Assembly (NCBI GenBank): GCA_002898215.1 | Contig: BEIF01000001.1 | Coordinates: 841,602 to 905,601 of the forward strand | Reading direction: 5' to 3' | DNA from: a bacterium HR29 | GTDB lineage: Bacteria; Chloroflexota; Dehalococcoidia; Tepidiformales; Tepidiformaceae | Length of the DNA stretch: 64,000 nt | Shown: one piece after another, positions 36,075 to 45,404 of the stretch | Layout: each line of letters opens with the position of its first letter | How positions within the stretch are numbered: position 1 is the stretch's first letter | The notes under the pieces: generated by a model | Databases searched by the model: none | Told to the model about the DNA's origin: nothing | What the model saw: the letters and a program-made list of their open reading frames with translations, nothing else | Position numbers and translations under genes: made by a program

Positions 36075-36105
36075 AAGGTAGACCTTGGAGCGACTCCAAG
36101 GTCAA
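36075..36105 (-). promoter_or_regulatory. MerR-type promoter/operator: TTGACC (36105-36100), 19-bp spacer containing the dyad ACCTTGGAG-CGA-CTCCAAGGT (36082-36102), -10 TACCTT (36080-36075), then 7 nt to GTG
   Basis: Read directly. The over-long 19-bp spacer carrying a dyad is the established hallmark of MerR-family activated promoters. Confidence 0.75.
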
Positions 36106-36204
36106 GCCGTGCTCCGCGCCTGACACGAGGGGAAGCCGAGGGTATCATGGGCGCGGCCGCTACCGTGGCGGCTTCCGTCACTCCCAACTTCTCGAGGTCG
36201 CCCG

Positions 36205-36900
36205 ATGTCGTTCGCTGCCGTGCTTGCCCAGGCCCGCTCGGAAGGTCGTACCCTGCTCACCGAGGTCGAAGCGAAGAGCGCCCTCGCCGAGGCCGGCATC
36301 CCGGTCGTCGAAACCCGACTTGCCCGGTCGCGAGAGGAAGCGCAGCGCATCGCCGGCGAGCTTGGCTTCCCTGTCGTGCTCAAAATCGTGTCGCCCGACA
36401 TCGCCCACAAGAGCGATGTCGGGGGCGTGAAGCTGAACCTCGCCGATGCGGAGGCCGTCGGCCGCGCCTGGGATGAGATCATGGCGGCCGTTCGAGCGGC
36501 CGAGCCGACGGCCCGCATTGAGGGCGTGTCGGTGCAGCGCATGGCGAAGCCGGGCATCGAGGTCATCGTGGGGATGACGACCGACCCGCAGTTCGGGCCG
36601 GTGATGATGTTCGGCCTGGGCGGGATCATGGTGGAGGTCTTGAAGGACGTCGCCTTCCGGCTGGTCCCACTCGAGGAGAAGGACGCCGCCGAAATGATCG
36701 ACGAGATCCGCGCGCGTCCCATCCTCGACGGCGTCCGCGGCCAGCCGGGCGGCGATATCGCCGCCCTGCGGCAGCTCCTGCTCGCCGTATCCCGGTTCGT
36801 GGAATCGCATCCCGAGGTGCGAGAGCTTGACCTGAACCCCGTCTTCGTCTACCCCGACGGCGTCGTAGCCGTCGATGCCCGCATGGTCGTGGCGGAGTAA
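36205..36900 (+). CDS. ADP-forming acetyl/acyl-CoA synthetase, beta (ATP-grasp) subunit
   Basis: 231 aa. FPVVLKIVSPDIAHKSDVGGVKLNL (conserved His region) and the ELDLNPVF C-terminal motif. Confidence 0.8.
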   Translation: MSFAAVLAQARSEGRTLLTEVEAKSALAEAGIPVVETRLARSREEAQRIAGELGFPVVLKIVSPDIAHKSDVGGVKLNLADAEAVGRAWDEIMAAVRAAEPTARIEGVSVQRMAKPGIEVIVGMTTDPQFGPVMMFGLGGIMVEVLKDVAFRLVPLEEKDAAEMIDEIRARPILDGVRGQPGGDIAALRQLLLAVSRFVESHPEVRELDLNPVFVYPDGVVAVDARMVVAE

Positions 36901-36905
36901 CGGCC

Positions 36906-38321
36906 GTGGCCGTACCCGGACACCGCCTCGACCGGATGTTCAACCCCCGGACCGTGGTCGTCATCGGCGACAAGGGGCCGGGGTACATGTGGCTCCACAA
37001 CAACCTGCCGTTCAAGGAGCGGGGCGGAAACCTGTATTCGGTCCAGATCGACCCGGCGCAAATTCCCGGTATCGAGGCGCTGGGCGTCCAGAACTTCACC
37101 TCCCTGAAAGAGGTGCCCGAGCCGATCGACTACGCGGTCGTGGCGGTTCCCCGGCAGGTCGCGCCCCGGGTGCTCCAGGACCTCATCGACGTCGGAGCGG
37201 GGGGCGCCGCCTTCTTCACGTCGGGCTTTGCCGAAACGGGCGAAGAGCTCGGCATCAGGCTGCAGCGACAGCTTCAGGAGATGGCCCGGGCAGCGAATTT
37301 CAACCTCGTTGGCCCGAACTGCATGGGCCTCTACCTGCCGAAGGTCGGCGTCCGCTTCGCGGTGGATGCGCCAGTGGCCGACGACGGACGTATCGCGTTC
37401 CTCTCCCAGTCGGGCACGCACGGCATCATGTTCTCGCTCGTCTGCGGAACGCTGGGCCTCCACCTCAGCCGGGCGGTGAGCTTCGGGAACGCGATCGTTC
37501 TCGACGTGAGCGATTACCTCGAGTATCTGGCCGCGGACGACGAAACGGACGTCATCGCCATGTACGTGGAGGGGGTGCGCGACGGTCGCCGTTTCTTCGA
37601 GACCATGAAGCGGACGGCAGCCAGGAAGCCCGTGCTCGTCTGGAAGGGCGGTCAGACGGCCGCGGGTGCCCGGGCGACGATGTCGCACACGGCCTCGCTG
37701 GCGGCGCCCCAGGCGATCTGGGATGGCATGATGCGCCAAGTTGGCGCCATTCCTACGAACAGCCTCGACGAAACCGTCGACGTCGTCCAAGCCCTCACCC
37801 GAGTTAAGGCCGTGCGGGGCCGGCGAATGGCCCTCTTGGCCCAAACCGGTGGGCAGTCGGTTTCCATCACCGACGCCTTCGCCAAGGCGGGGTTCGAGGT
37901 GCCCCGCTTCACCGAGAGGACGTACGCCGCGCTGGCGGAGTTCTTCAACATCATCGGAGGAAGCTACCAGAACCCCCTCGACATGGGCGGCACGATCCAA
38001 GGCAACCCGGAAGTGCTCGACCGCATCCTGCGCATCGTCGATGCAGATGCGAACGTCGACGGGATAGCCATGGAGATGTCCGCCATGTTCGGCGTGCGTC
38101 AGTGGAAGCGAAACCCTCAGGCGTTCGACGCCATGCTCGACGTGCTGGCGGCCCACCGAGAGCGCTCCGAGAAGCCCTTCCTGGTCGTGATGCACCCGGC
38201 ACACGAGGAGGCGTGGCTCGCGGAAAACCGCCGGCGTCTCACGGACCGAGGGTTGGCGGTCTACCCGAATTTCGAGCGGGCCGCACTGGCGCTGGCGCGC
38301 GTCGCGGGCGTGCTGCGGTAA
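36906..38321 (+). CDS. ADP-forming acetyl/acyl-CoA synthetase, alpha subunit (CoA-binding plus ligase-CoA domains)
   Basis: MFNPRTVVVIGD.., DYAVVAVP, NFNLVGPNCMG, the phospho-His region ATMSHTASLA, and 471 aa. Confidence 0.8.
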   Translation: MAVPGHRLDRMFNPRTVVVIGDKGPGYMWLHNNLPFKERGGNLYSVQIDPAQIPGIEALGVQNFTSLKEVPEPIDYAVVAVPRQVAPRVLQDLIDVGAGGAAFFTSGFAETGEELGIRLQRQLQEMARAANFNLVGPNCMGLYLPKVGVRFAVDAPVADDGRIAFLSQSGTHGIMFSLVCGTLGLHLSRAVSFGNAIVLDVSDYLEYLAADDETDVIAMYVEGVRDGRRFFETMKRTAARKPVLVWKGGQTAAGARATMSHTASLAAPQAIWDGMMRQVGAIPTNSLDETVDVVQALTRVKAVRGRRMALLAQTGGQSVSITDAFAKAGFEVPRFTERTYAALAEFFNIIGGSYQNPLDMGGTIQGNPEVLDRILRIVDADANVDGIAMEMSAMFGVRQWKRNPQAFDAMLDVLAAHRERSEKPFLVVMHPAHEEAWLAENRRRLTDRGLAVYPNFERAALALARVAGVLR

Positions 38322-38325
38322 GCAC

Positions 38326-39723
38326 TCAGCGGCCGGTCATCCTCCAAGGGTCGAGGACGCGCTCGAGCTCCTCCGCCGGAAGGACGTTCGCCTCGAGGGC
38401 GACCTGGCGGATGGATTTCCCGGTGCGAAATGCTTCGTTCGCCAGCTCCGCCGCGCGGTCGTAGCCGATCACGGCCGCGAGCGGGGTGGCCAAGGCCAAG
38501 CCGTACTCCACCAGCCGCGGCCCGTTCTCCGTGGCTGCCAGGCCGTCGATGCACTTCTCGGCGAAGACGTCGCAGGCGCGAGCGAGGAGCGAAATGCTCT
38601 GGAGCAGGTTGTGGGCGGCGACCGGGAGCATCGTGTTCAGCTCGAAGAATCCCCACTGGCCGGCCATGGCGATCGTGGCATCGTTGCCAACGACCTGAGC
38701 CGCGACCTGCACCACCGCCTCGGGAATGACCGGGTTCACCTTGCCCGGCATGATGGAGCTCCCCGGCTGAAGGGCCGGGAGCTGCAGCTCGTAGAGGCCG
38801 GCGCGCGGACCGCTCCCCATGAGCCGAATATCGTTGGCGATCTTCACGAGCGACGTCGCCAGCACGCGCAGCTGCCCGTGGGCCTCGACGATCGCGTCGA
38901 TCGTCGCCTGCGCTTGGAAGTGGTTGGTCGTCTCGCGGAGCTGGAGCCGCTCGGCTTCGTTGATGTAGGCGAGGGCTCGCGCCGCGAACTCCGGGTGCGT
39001 ATTGATCCCCGTACCCACGGCGGTGCCCCCCAACGCCACCTCGCGGAGGGCCTCCGCCGCCCGCGTCACGCGCTTCCGCCCGCGCTCGATCTGCCCGGCG
39101 TACCCCTCGAACTCCTGCCCCATGCGGATGGGGGTCGCGTCCATGAGGTGCGTCCGCCCGGTCTTCAGCACGCCGTCGAACTCCCGTGCTTTCCGCTGCA
39201 GCGCATGCTCCAGCCGGTAGAGCGCAGGCAGGAGCTCCCGATTGATGAGGAGCAGGGCGGCCAAATGGATCGCCGTGGGGATGACGTCGTTCGAGGATTG
39301 GCCCTTGTTGACGTGGTCGTTCGGGTGCACGGGGCGATACACGCCCCGTGGGCCGCCTCCCAGCAGCTCGTTCGCCCGGTTCGCGATGACTTCGTTCGCG
39401 TTCATGTTCGTCGACGTTCCGGAACCGGTCTGGAAGACGTCCACGATGAACTGGTCGTCGAATTTCCCGGCGATGACCTCCTCCGCCGCCTGTACAATCG
39501 CCCCGGCTAGCTCCTCGGGGAGAAGCCCGAGGTCACGGTTGGCGAGCGCCGCCGCCCGCTTGATGTTTCCCAGGGCACGAATGAAGACCCGCGGAAACCT
39601 GAGGCCACTGATGGGGAAGTTGGCGGCCGCCCTCGCCGTATCGATGCCGTAGTAGGCGTCCGCCGGAACCGGGAACTCGCCCAGCGCATCCCGTTCGACC
39701 CGGACCGCTTCGTCCCTGCTCAT
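38326..39723 (-). CDS. Aspartate ammonia-lyase / class II fumarase superfamily enzyme (SS-loop is aspartase-like)
   Basis: GSSIMPGKVNPVIPE signature: VIPE is aspartase-like, whereas fumarase has TQCE. However, QTGSGTSTNMNANEVIANRA is fumarase-like. Confidence 0.8.
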   Translation of the reverse strand: MSRDEAVRVERDALGEFPVPADAYYGIDTARAAANFPISGLRFPRVFIRALGNIKRAAALANRDLGLLPEELAGAIVQAAEEVIAGKFDDQFIVDVFQTGSGTSTNMNANEVIANRANELLGGGPRGVYRPVHPNDHVNKGQSSNDVIPTAIHLAALLLINRELLPALYRLEHALQRKAREFDGVLKTGRTHLMDATPIRMGQEFEGYAGQIERGRKRVTRAAEALREVALGGTAVGTGINTHPEFAARALAYINEAERLQLRETTNHFQAQATIDAIVEAHGQLRVLATSLVKIANDIRLMGSGPRAGLYELQLPALQPGSSIMPGKVNPVIPEAVVQVAAQVVGNDATIAMAGQWGFFELNTMLPVAAHNLLQSISLLARACDVFAEKCIDGLAATENGPRLVEYGLALATPLAAVIGYDRAAELANEAFRTGKSIRQVALEANVLPAEELERVLDPWRMTGR

Positions 39724-40160
39724 CGAAGCCCTCCGTCGCTCTCCGGGTCCGCGGCGATGACGAAAACATCGAGACGCCGTAGCCGCGGACCGTCGAATTC
39801 ACAGAAATACACGCCCTGCCATGTACCGAGCGCGAGTTTTCCGCCCTCCACTGGCAGGGTGACCGAGACTCCCACCAATGAGGACTTGATGTGGGCGTCG
39901 CTGTTGCCCTCGGCGTGCGCATACCCGCTATCGCGAGGAACCAGACGTCGAAGGTGCTCGAGGAGGTCGCGCTGGACATCCGGGTCGGCGTTCTCGTTTA
40001 CCGTGATCGCCGCCGTCGTATGGGGGACGAAGAGCGTGCAGAGGCCACGGGCTACGCCAACCCGGAGGAGGAGGCTTTGTACATCCCGCGTGACATCGAT
40101 GAGCTCTTCGCGGCTTCGCGACCTGACCTGGAGAGTGAACCGCTGCATGGGAAGCATCAT
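39720..40160 (-). CDS. YjbQ/UPF0047 family protein (secondary thiamine-phosphate synthase-like)
   Basis: LCTLFVPHTTAAITVNENADPDV..GNSDAHIKSSLVG motifs. Start set at the ATG that forms an ATGA overlap with the maf stop; the track start 40181 is also possible. Confidence 0.75.
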   Translation of the reverse strand: MMLPMQRFTLQVRSRSREELIDVTRDVQSLLLRVGVARGLCTLFVPHTTAAITVNENADPDVQRDLLEHLRRLVPRDSGYAHAEGNSDAHIKSSLVGVSVTLPVEGGKLALGTWQGVYFCEFDGPRLRRLDVFVIAADPESDGGLR

Positions 40161-40795
40161 GGGCCGTTCCGGTCGGGGCACGCTTCACAGCGAGGATACG
40201 CTGCGGACGGCGCCTCCGCCGGCAATCCGAGGGCACGCAACCCCCGCCAGGCGACCCAGAGCGGTAGGCCTACCACCGCGCAGTAGCACCCCTCCAAGCG
40301 AGCCACGGTAGGGACGTCCTCATCCTGGATAGCGTACGCCCCAGCCTTGTCCATGGGCCGTCCGCTGGCGACGTAGGCAGCGATCGCCGCGTCGTCGAGC
40401 TCGGCGAGCCAGACCCGCGCCTCCGAGTGGCCGACCCAGACCTCCCCAGCGTGGACGACGGCCGCTGCGGTGACGACCGTGTGGGGCCGGCCGCGAAGAG
40501 CGCGCAGCATCGCTGCGGCCTCGTCGGGAGACGCCGGCTTCCCGTAGTGACGGCGGCCATCGTGCACGACGGTGTCGGCGCCCAGAACGACCGCGTCCGG
40601 CAGGCCGGCGGCGACGACCGCTGCCTTGGCAAGCGCTAGCCGCCGCGCGTCGGCAATCGGGTCGTGCCCGAGCACCTCTTCGACGTTCGGCTCCCGCGCG
40701 TCGAAGGCCGGCACGAGGGCCCGCAACAGCTCCCGCCGCCTCGGCGACGCGGAGGCGAGGACGACCGGCGGTGAACCGGAACGGCCTGCGCTCAC
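40157..40795 (-). CDS. maf: Maf-like nucleoside triphosphate pyrophosphatase
   Basis: VVLASASPRRRELL, GADTVV, and DKAGAYAIQ motifs. GTG 40795 forms a GTGA overlap with the rlmD-like stop. Confidence 0.85.
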   Translation of the reverse strand: MSAGRSGSPPVVLASASPRRRELLRALVPAFDAREPNVEEVLGHDPIADARRLALAKAAVVAAGLPDAVVLGADTVVHDGRRHYGKPASPDEAAAMLRALRGRPHTVVTAAAVVHAGEVWVGHSEARVWLAELDDAAIAAYVASGRPMDKAGAYAIQDEDVPTVARLEGCYCAVVGLPLWVAWRGLRALGLPAEAPSAAYPRCEACPDRNGP

Positions 40796-42015
40796 CGGCC
40801 CTCCGCCAGCTCGAGCTTGGCGACGCACTCGATGTGGGCCGTCTGTGGGAACATGTCGAGGGGCGTCACGCTGAGGAGCCGATAGCCGCCGCTCACCAAC
40901 GTCCGCAGGTCGCGGGCGAGGGTTGTGGGATTACAGGAGACGTACACCAGCTCGTTGGGCCGTAGGCGGAGGATCGCGTGTAACGCCTCGGGCAAGCACC
41001 CGGCGCGGGGCGGGTCGAGAAGCATCACGTCTGGCACGGGAAAGAGGTACGGCAACAGCTCTTCGACCTTTCCTTCCCGCATCTCCACGTTCTTCGCCTG
41101 GGCAAGGTTCGCGGTGGCGTCGCGGACTGCCGAAGGCGACTCCTCGATAGCGATGACGCGGTCGAAACGCTCGGCGAAGATGATGGCGAACGTCCCCACG
41201 CCGGCGTACGCATCGACGAGCAGCCTGCCGCGCGCCGGGAGAGCTTCGCCGATGAGCCGTACCAGGGCCTCGGCCTGCTCATGGTTCACCTGGAAGAAGG
41301 AGGAGGCGCTGACGCGGAAGGTGAAGCCCGCCAGGCGTTCCCGGTACCACGCCTGTCCGGTTTCGAAGCTCACGCCCTCGATTCGAGGGTAAACGAGGTA
41401 CTCGCCCGTGCTCGGGTCGATCCGCACCTGGATTTGGTGCAATCCGGCGCCCTTGCCCTGCAGTTCGGGCAGGATGCGGTTCACGAACGGATGGGCGATG
41501 GGGCACTCCTCGACCTTCAGGAGCCGCCGGCCCCTCCGGGTGATGAACCCCACATCGCCGTACTTCCGCCCCGTCGAAAAGCGGACGTGGTTGCGATATC
41601 CCCACGGCTCGCGGGCCCCGACGATGGGCCGGACGACGCTCGGGTCGAGCTTCCCGATCCGTTGGAGCTGCTCCCTTACGGCCGCTTCCTTCGCCGCAAG
41701 CTGCGCCTCGTAACGCAGGTGCTGGAGCTGGCATCCGCCGCACTGCCCGAAGTAGCGGCACCGCGGCTCCACGCGGTCCGGGGACGGCTCGAGAACCCGC
41801 ACCGTCACCGCCTCCACGTAGTCGGGATAGACCCGTTCGACCTCGGCTTCGACGAGCTCCCCCGGTGCCGCGAAGTCGACGAAGATGACGCGTCCGTCGT
41901 CGAGCCGGCCCATCCCCGAGCCACCGAACACCAAGTCTTCGATGCGAACCGTGACGAGGCGGTCAGCATCGGCAAGGGCGCGGTCCCGGGCCGTCGTGCG
42001 GGCGTGAGCGCTCAC
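40792..42015 (-). CDS. 23S rRNA (uracil-5-)-methyltransferase RlmD/RumA family (TRAM, Fe-S and SAM MTase domains)
   Basis: TRAM N-terminus (GSGMGRLDDGRVIFV), Cys cluster CRYFGQCGGCQLQH, SAM motif DAYAGVGTF, and a catalytic VSCNP region. Confidence 0.85.
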   Translation of the reverse strand: MSAHARTTARDRALADADRLVTVRIEDLVFGGSGMGRLDDGRVIFVDFAAPGELVEAEVERVYPDYVEAVTVRVLEPSPDRVEPRCRYFGQCGGCQLQHLRYEAQLAAKEAAVREQLQRIGKLDPSVVRPIVGAREPWGYRNHVRFSTGRKYGDVGFITRRGRRLLKVEECPIAHPFVNRILPELQGKGAGLHQIQVRIDPSTGEYLVYPRIEGVSFETGQAWYRERLAGFTFRVSASSFFQVNHEQAEALVRLIGEALPARGRLLVDAYAGVGTFAIIFAERFDRVIAIEESPSAVRDATANLAQAKNVEMREGKVEELLPYLFPVPDVMLLDPPRAGCLPEALHAILRLRPNELVYVSCNPTTLARDLRTLVSGGYRLLSVTPLDMFPQTAHIECVAKLELAEGR

Positions 42016-42067
42016 GATGTCCAGCTTAGGAAGGGGCAGCCTCGCGGGCGAGCGTAGGCGGGAGTTC

Positions 42068-42082
42068 GTGTACCGAGTACAC
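42068..42082. promoter_or_regulatory. Perfect 6-3-6 palindrome GTGTAC-CGA-GTACAC overlapping a -10-like TACACT (42078-42083), 6 nt before the nadB ATG
   Basis: Read directly. This position is where a repressor operator of a leaderless nadBC transcript would lie. Confidence 0.35.
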
Positions 42083-42089
42083 TAACTCC

Positions 42090-43637
42090 ATGGCAGCACC
42101 GGCGCCCCGGTACAACCTCATCGTCGTCGGCAGTGGCATCGCGGGGCTGTTCGTAGCTCTGGAAGCCCACCGGGCGGGATTAGGGCCCGTGCTGGTGCTC
42201 ACGAAGGGGAGCATCGACGATTGCAACACGCGGTGGGCCCAGGGCGGCATCGCCGCCGCGATCGGGCCCCAGGACTCGCCGGAACAGCACTTCCAGGACA
42301 CCGTAGCGGCGGGCGCCGGGCTCGTCGACGAGGTGGCGGCCTGGATCCTCTGCAGCGAAGCCCCACGGCGTGTCCGCGACCTCATCGAGTACGGCGTCTC
42401 CTTCGACTCCCTCGGCGGGGAAGTCGTCCTCGGTCGAGAGGCAGCCCACAGCCGGGACCGGATCCTCCATGCCGGCGGCGACCGCACCGGAGCCGAAATC
42501 GAGCGCGCCTTGTCGGCGGCGGTGCGGCAGCCCGGTATCACCGTGCTCGACTTCACCGCGGTGACGCGGCTGCTGGTGGGCGACGACGGCGCGGAGGGAG
42601 TCGAGGCCGTGCACGCCGAGGGCGGACAGACGGAACGCTTCCTCGCGCCGTACGTCGTGATTGCGACCGGTGGCGCCGGCCAGCTGTACGCCCACACGAC
42701 GAACCCGGACGTCGCCACAGGGGACGGCCTCGCCCTGGGGTTCCTCGCCGGCGCCGAGGTGATGGATGTCGAGTTCGTCCAATTCCACCCTACGGCGTTC
42801 GCCGCGCCTGGAGCGCCGCCGTTCCTCATCTCCGAGGCCGTTCGCGGTGAGGGGGCGGTTCTGCGGAACCGGCGCGGCGAGGCGTTCATGACCCGTTACG
42901 ACGAGCGAGCCGAACTCGCTCCCCGCGACGTGGTGGCGCGGGCCATCGTTGCCGAAATGCGCCGCGACGACGCGGAGTGCGTCTACCTCGATTGCCGCTC
43001 CCTCAACGGCGTCGACCCTGCGGCACGCTTCCCAGGGGTGTACGCGTTCTGCCGCTCCCAGGGGATCGACCTTCGCCGGGACCTGGTGCCGGTGGCGCCG
43101 GCCGCCCATTACTTCATGGGGGGACTCCGCACCGACACTTGGGCTCGGACAACCGTGCCGGGGCTGTACGCCGTCGGCGAGGCGGCCTGCACGGGCGTTC
43201 ACGGCGCCAACCGTCTGGCGAGCAACTCGCTCGTGGAAACGATCGTCTTCGGCAAGCGGTGCGTCGAGTCGATCGCGACGGGAGAGCGCGCAGCAGCTCC
43301 GCCGCACCCCGAGGCGATCCCCTTCTCGCCCGCGCGTCGCCTCCCGCCGGACAAACGCACCCTCCAGCGCCTGATGTGGGATGCCGCCGGGATCGAGCGC
43401 GAGGAGCGAGGCCTGGCCAGCGCCCTCGAAACGCTCCGGCAGTGGCCCCACGACGACGACCATGCCGCGCCCGACCGGGACCTGCTCGAACGGCGAGCCC
43501 TCGCCCTCGTCGCCGAGCTCGTACTGGAGGCAGCCCTCCGCCGAACGGAGAGCCGTGGAGCTCACTTCCGGCGCGACTACCCGGAGCCGGACGACATCCG
43601 CTGGAAGCGGCACCAGGTGTTCCATTATGTCGATTGA
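42090..43637 (+). CDS. nadB: L-aspartate oxidase
   Basis: VVGSGIAGL FAD motif, WAQGGIAA, HxGGxxxD-like HAGGDRTG, and C-terminal ESRGAHFRRDYP. Confidence 0.92.
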   Translation: MAAPAPRYNLIVVGSGIAGLFVALEAHRAGLGPVLVLTKGSIDDCNTRWAQGGIAAAIGPQDSPEQHFQDTVAAGAGLVDEVAAWILCSEAPRRVRDLIEYGVSFDSLGGEVVLGREAAHSRDRILHAGGDRTGAEIERALSAAVRQPGITVLDFTAVTRLLVGDDGAEGVEAVHAEGGQTERFLAPYVVIATGGAGQLYAHTTNPDVATGDGLALGFLAGAEVMDVEFVQFHPTAFAAPGAPPFLISEAVRGEGAVLRNRRGEAFMTRYDERAELAPRDVVARAIVAEMRRDDAECVYLDCRSLNGVDPAARFPGVYAFCRSQGIDLRRDLVPVAPAAHYFMGGLRTDTWARTTVPGLYAVGEAACTGVHGANRLASNSLVETIVFGKRCVESIATGERAAAPPHPEAIPFSPARRLPPDKRTLQRLMWDAAGIEREERGLASALETLRQWPHDDDHAAPDRDLLERRALALVAELVLEAALRRTESRGAHFRRDYPEPDDIRWKRHQVFHYVD

Positions 43638-44484
43638 ACCCCCGCCGCCCTCGATCGTGGCCGAGGCCGTTGCCCGCGCCCTCGCCGAGGACAGGGCTTT
43701 CGACGATGCCGCAACGCTCGGTGCGATCCCGGCCGATGCGGCAGCACGCGGGGCGTTCGTCGCCCGGGAGGCGGGGGTGCTGGCAGGAATGCCGGTTGTC
43801 GCCGAGGTCTTTCGGCAGCTCGACGCACGCGTTCGCGTTGTGCCCCACCTGGGCGAGGGGGAGCGCTTCCCTGCCGGAACCGTGCTCGCCACGGCCGAGG
43901 GTCCCGCTCGCGCCCTGCTCCAGGGCGAACGGACGGCGCTCAACTTCCTGCAGCGGCTTTCGGGCATTGCTACCCTAACGCGTTCCTTCGCGGACGCCGT
44001 CGCGGGGACGGGGTGTCTCATCCTCGACACCCGCAAGACGACGCCCGGTTTGCGTGACCTCGAGAAGTACGCGGTCCGCTGCGGCGGGGGCGCCAATCAC
44101 CGCCGCGACCTCGCTTCGATGGCGATGCTGAAGGACAACCACCGTGAGCTCCTCGCGCGGGCAGGGGTAAGCATGGCCGAGGCCGTGCGCCGGATTCGGG
44201 CACGGACACCCGGCATCGGCGTCGAAATCGAAGTCGACACCCTCGCCGAACTCGAGGAGGCGCTGGCAGCGGGGCCCGATTGGGTCCTGCTGGACAACAT
44301 GCCGCCGGCGGAGCTGCGAGAGGCCGTCCGACGGACGGCCGGCCGGGCGAAGCTGGAAGCGAGCGGAGGGGTCACCCTGACGACCGTGCGTGCCATCGCC
44401 GAAACGGGCGTCGACGCCGTCTCGGTCGGGGCGCTGACGCACGGCGCTCGGGCGCTCGACATCGCCCTCGATTTCGAGTTCTAG
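43627..44484 (+). CDS. nadC: Nicotinate-nucleotide pyrophosphorylase (carboxylating)
   Basis: ERTALNFLQRLSGIAT, DTRKTTPGLR, KYAVRCGGGANHR, and MLKDNH motifs. Overlaps the nadB end by 11 nt. Confidence 0.92.
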   Translation: MSIEPPPPSIVAEAVARALAEDRAFDDAATLGAIPADAAARGAFVAREAGVLAGMPVVAEVFRQLDARVRVVPHLGEGERFPAGTVLATAEGPARALLQGERTALNFLQRLSGIATLTRSFADAVAGTGCLILDTRKTTPGLRDLEKYAVRCGGGANHRRDLASMAMLKDNHRELLARAGVSMAEAVRRIRARTPGIGVEIEVDTLAELEEALAAGPDWVLLDNMPPAELREAVRRTAGRAKLEASGGVTLTTVRAIAETGVDAVSVGALTHGARALDIALDFEF

Positions 44485-45404
44485 TCGGGCGCGCTCCCGA
44501 GCATCCCCCGGGCACGCAGGACGCCCTCCTCCGGTTCGCGCTGGTCGATCTCGAAGGTGACGAGCGGGCTGCGGGCGGCCAAGCGCCGCACCCGCTCCCA
44601 GTCGATGCTTCCGTTCCCTGGCGCCCGGTGGTCGAGCAGGCGGCGCACGTCGTGGGCATGAACCCCGACGAGCCGAAGCCCCGGTGCGCGCTCCCAGCGA
44701 CTCCGCGGGACCAGCCGCAGCCGCGCGAGGACCTCCACGTGCCCGACGTCGTGCCAATAGCCGACCGCGCGGGGGTCGAGACCGGCCAAGAGGAGCACGG
44801 CCTCCTCCGGCAGGGGGATCTCGTGGGCGTGGAGTCGCGTCTCGATCCCGATGACGATGCCCGCAGCCGCAGCCGCGGCGACGAGCGCCTCGAGCGAGCG
44901 CCGGGCCGCCTCCAGATACGGCTCAGCCGTCGACCGCCTCCACGCCAGCAGCTCCGTGGCCACTTGCCGCGCCTCGTCCGTTCGGAGCGCGTCCCGGTCG
45001 AACAGCTTCCGGAGCTGCCGCTCCAGCGGGTGGAGCCGGTCCCCCTCGGGTGGGTCCACGTGGCCGAGGTGGACGACGACCCGCTGAGCCCCCAGCCGTT
45101 CGGCGAGCCGAACCGAGCGCAGCGCCTCCTCCACCGCCGCGACCCGTTCCCGCTCGTCGAGCGAAGCGAGGTTGAGGGCGCTGTTGGGGCGGCCGTCAGC
45201 CAACAGGCGGAAAGGGGCCGGAGCGTGCACGGAGACGACGGGCAGGGCCCCCTCGGCGGCGATGGCATCGACCTTCTCGGCCGCGGTCGAATGGGAGATC
45301 TCGATGGCCTCGAACCCAGCCTCACGGGCGAAGCGGGCGAAGGCGCCGCCGTCATCGAAGCGCGGCTGCTGGGCGTACATCGTGGAGAGCGCGACCAACG
45401 TCAC
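44481..45404 (-). CDS. Sugar phosphate isomerase/epimerase (xylose isomerase-like TIM barrel) family protein
   Basis: FEAIEISH.. , SVHAP, VVVHLGH, and GIETR pattern typical of AP_endonuc_2 TIM barrels. Confidence 0.6.
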   Translation of the reverse strand: MTLVALSTMYAQQPRFDDGGAFARFAREAGFEAIEISHSTAAEKVDAIAAEGALPVVSVHAPAPFRLLADGRPNSALNLASLDERERVAAVEEALRSVRLAERLGAQRVVVHLGHVDPPEGDRLHPLERQLRKLFDRDALRTDEARQVATELLAWRRSTAEPYLEAARRSLEALVAAAAAAGIVIGIETRLHAHEIPLPEEAVLLLAGLDPRAVGYWHDVGHVEVLARLRLVPRSRWERAPGLRLVGVHAHDVRRLLDHRAPGNGSIDWERVRRLAARSPLVTFEIDQREPEEGVLRARGMLGSAPD

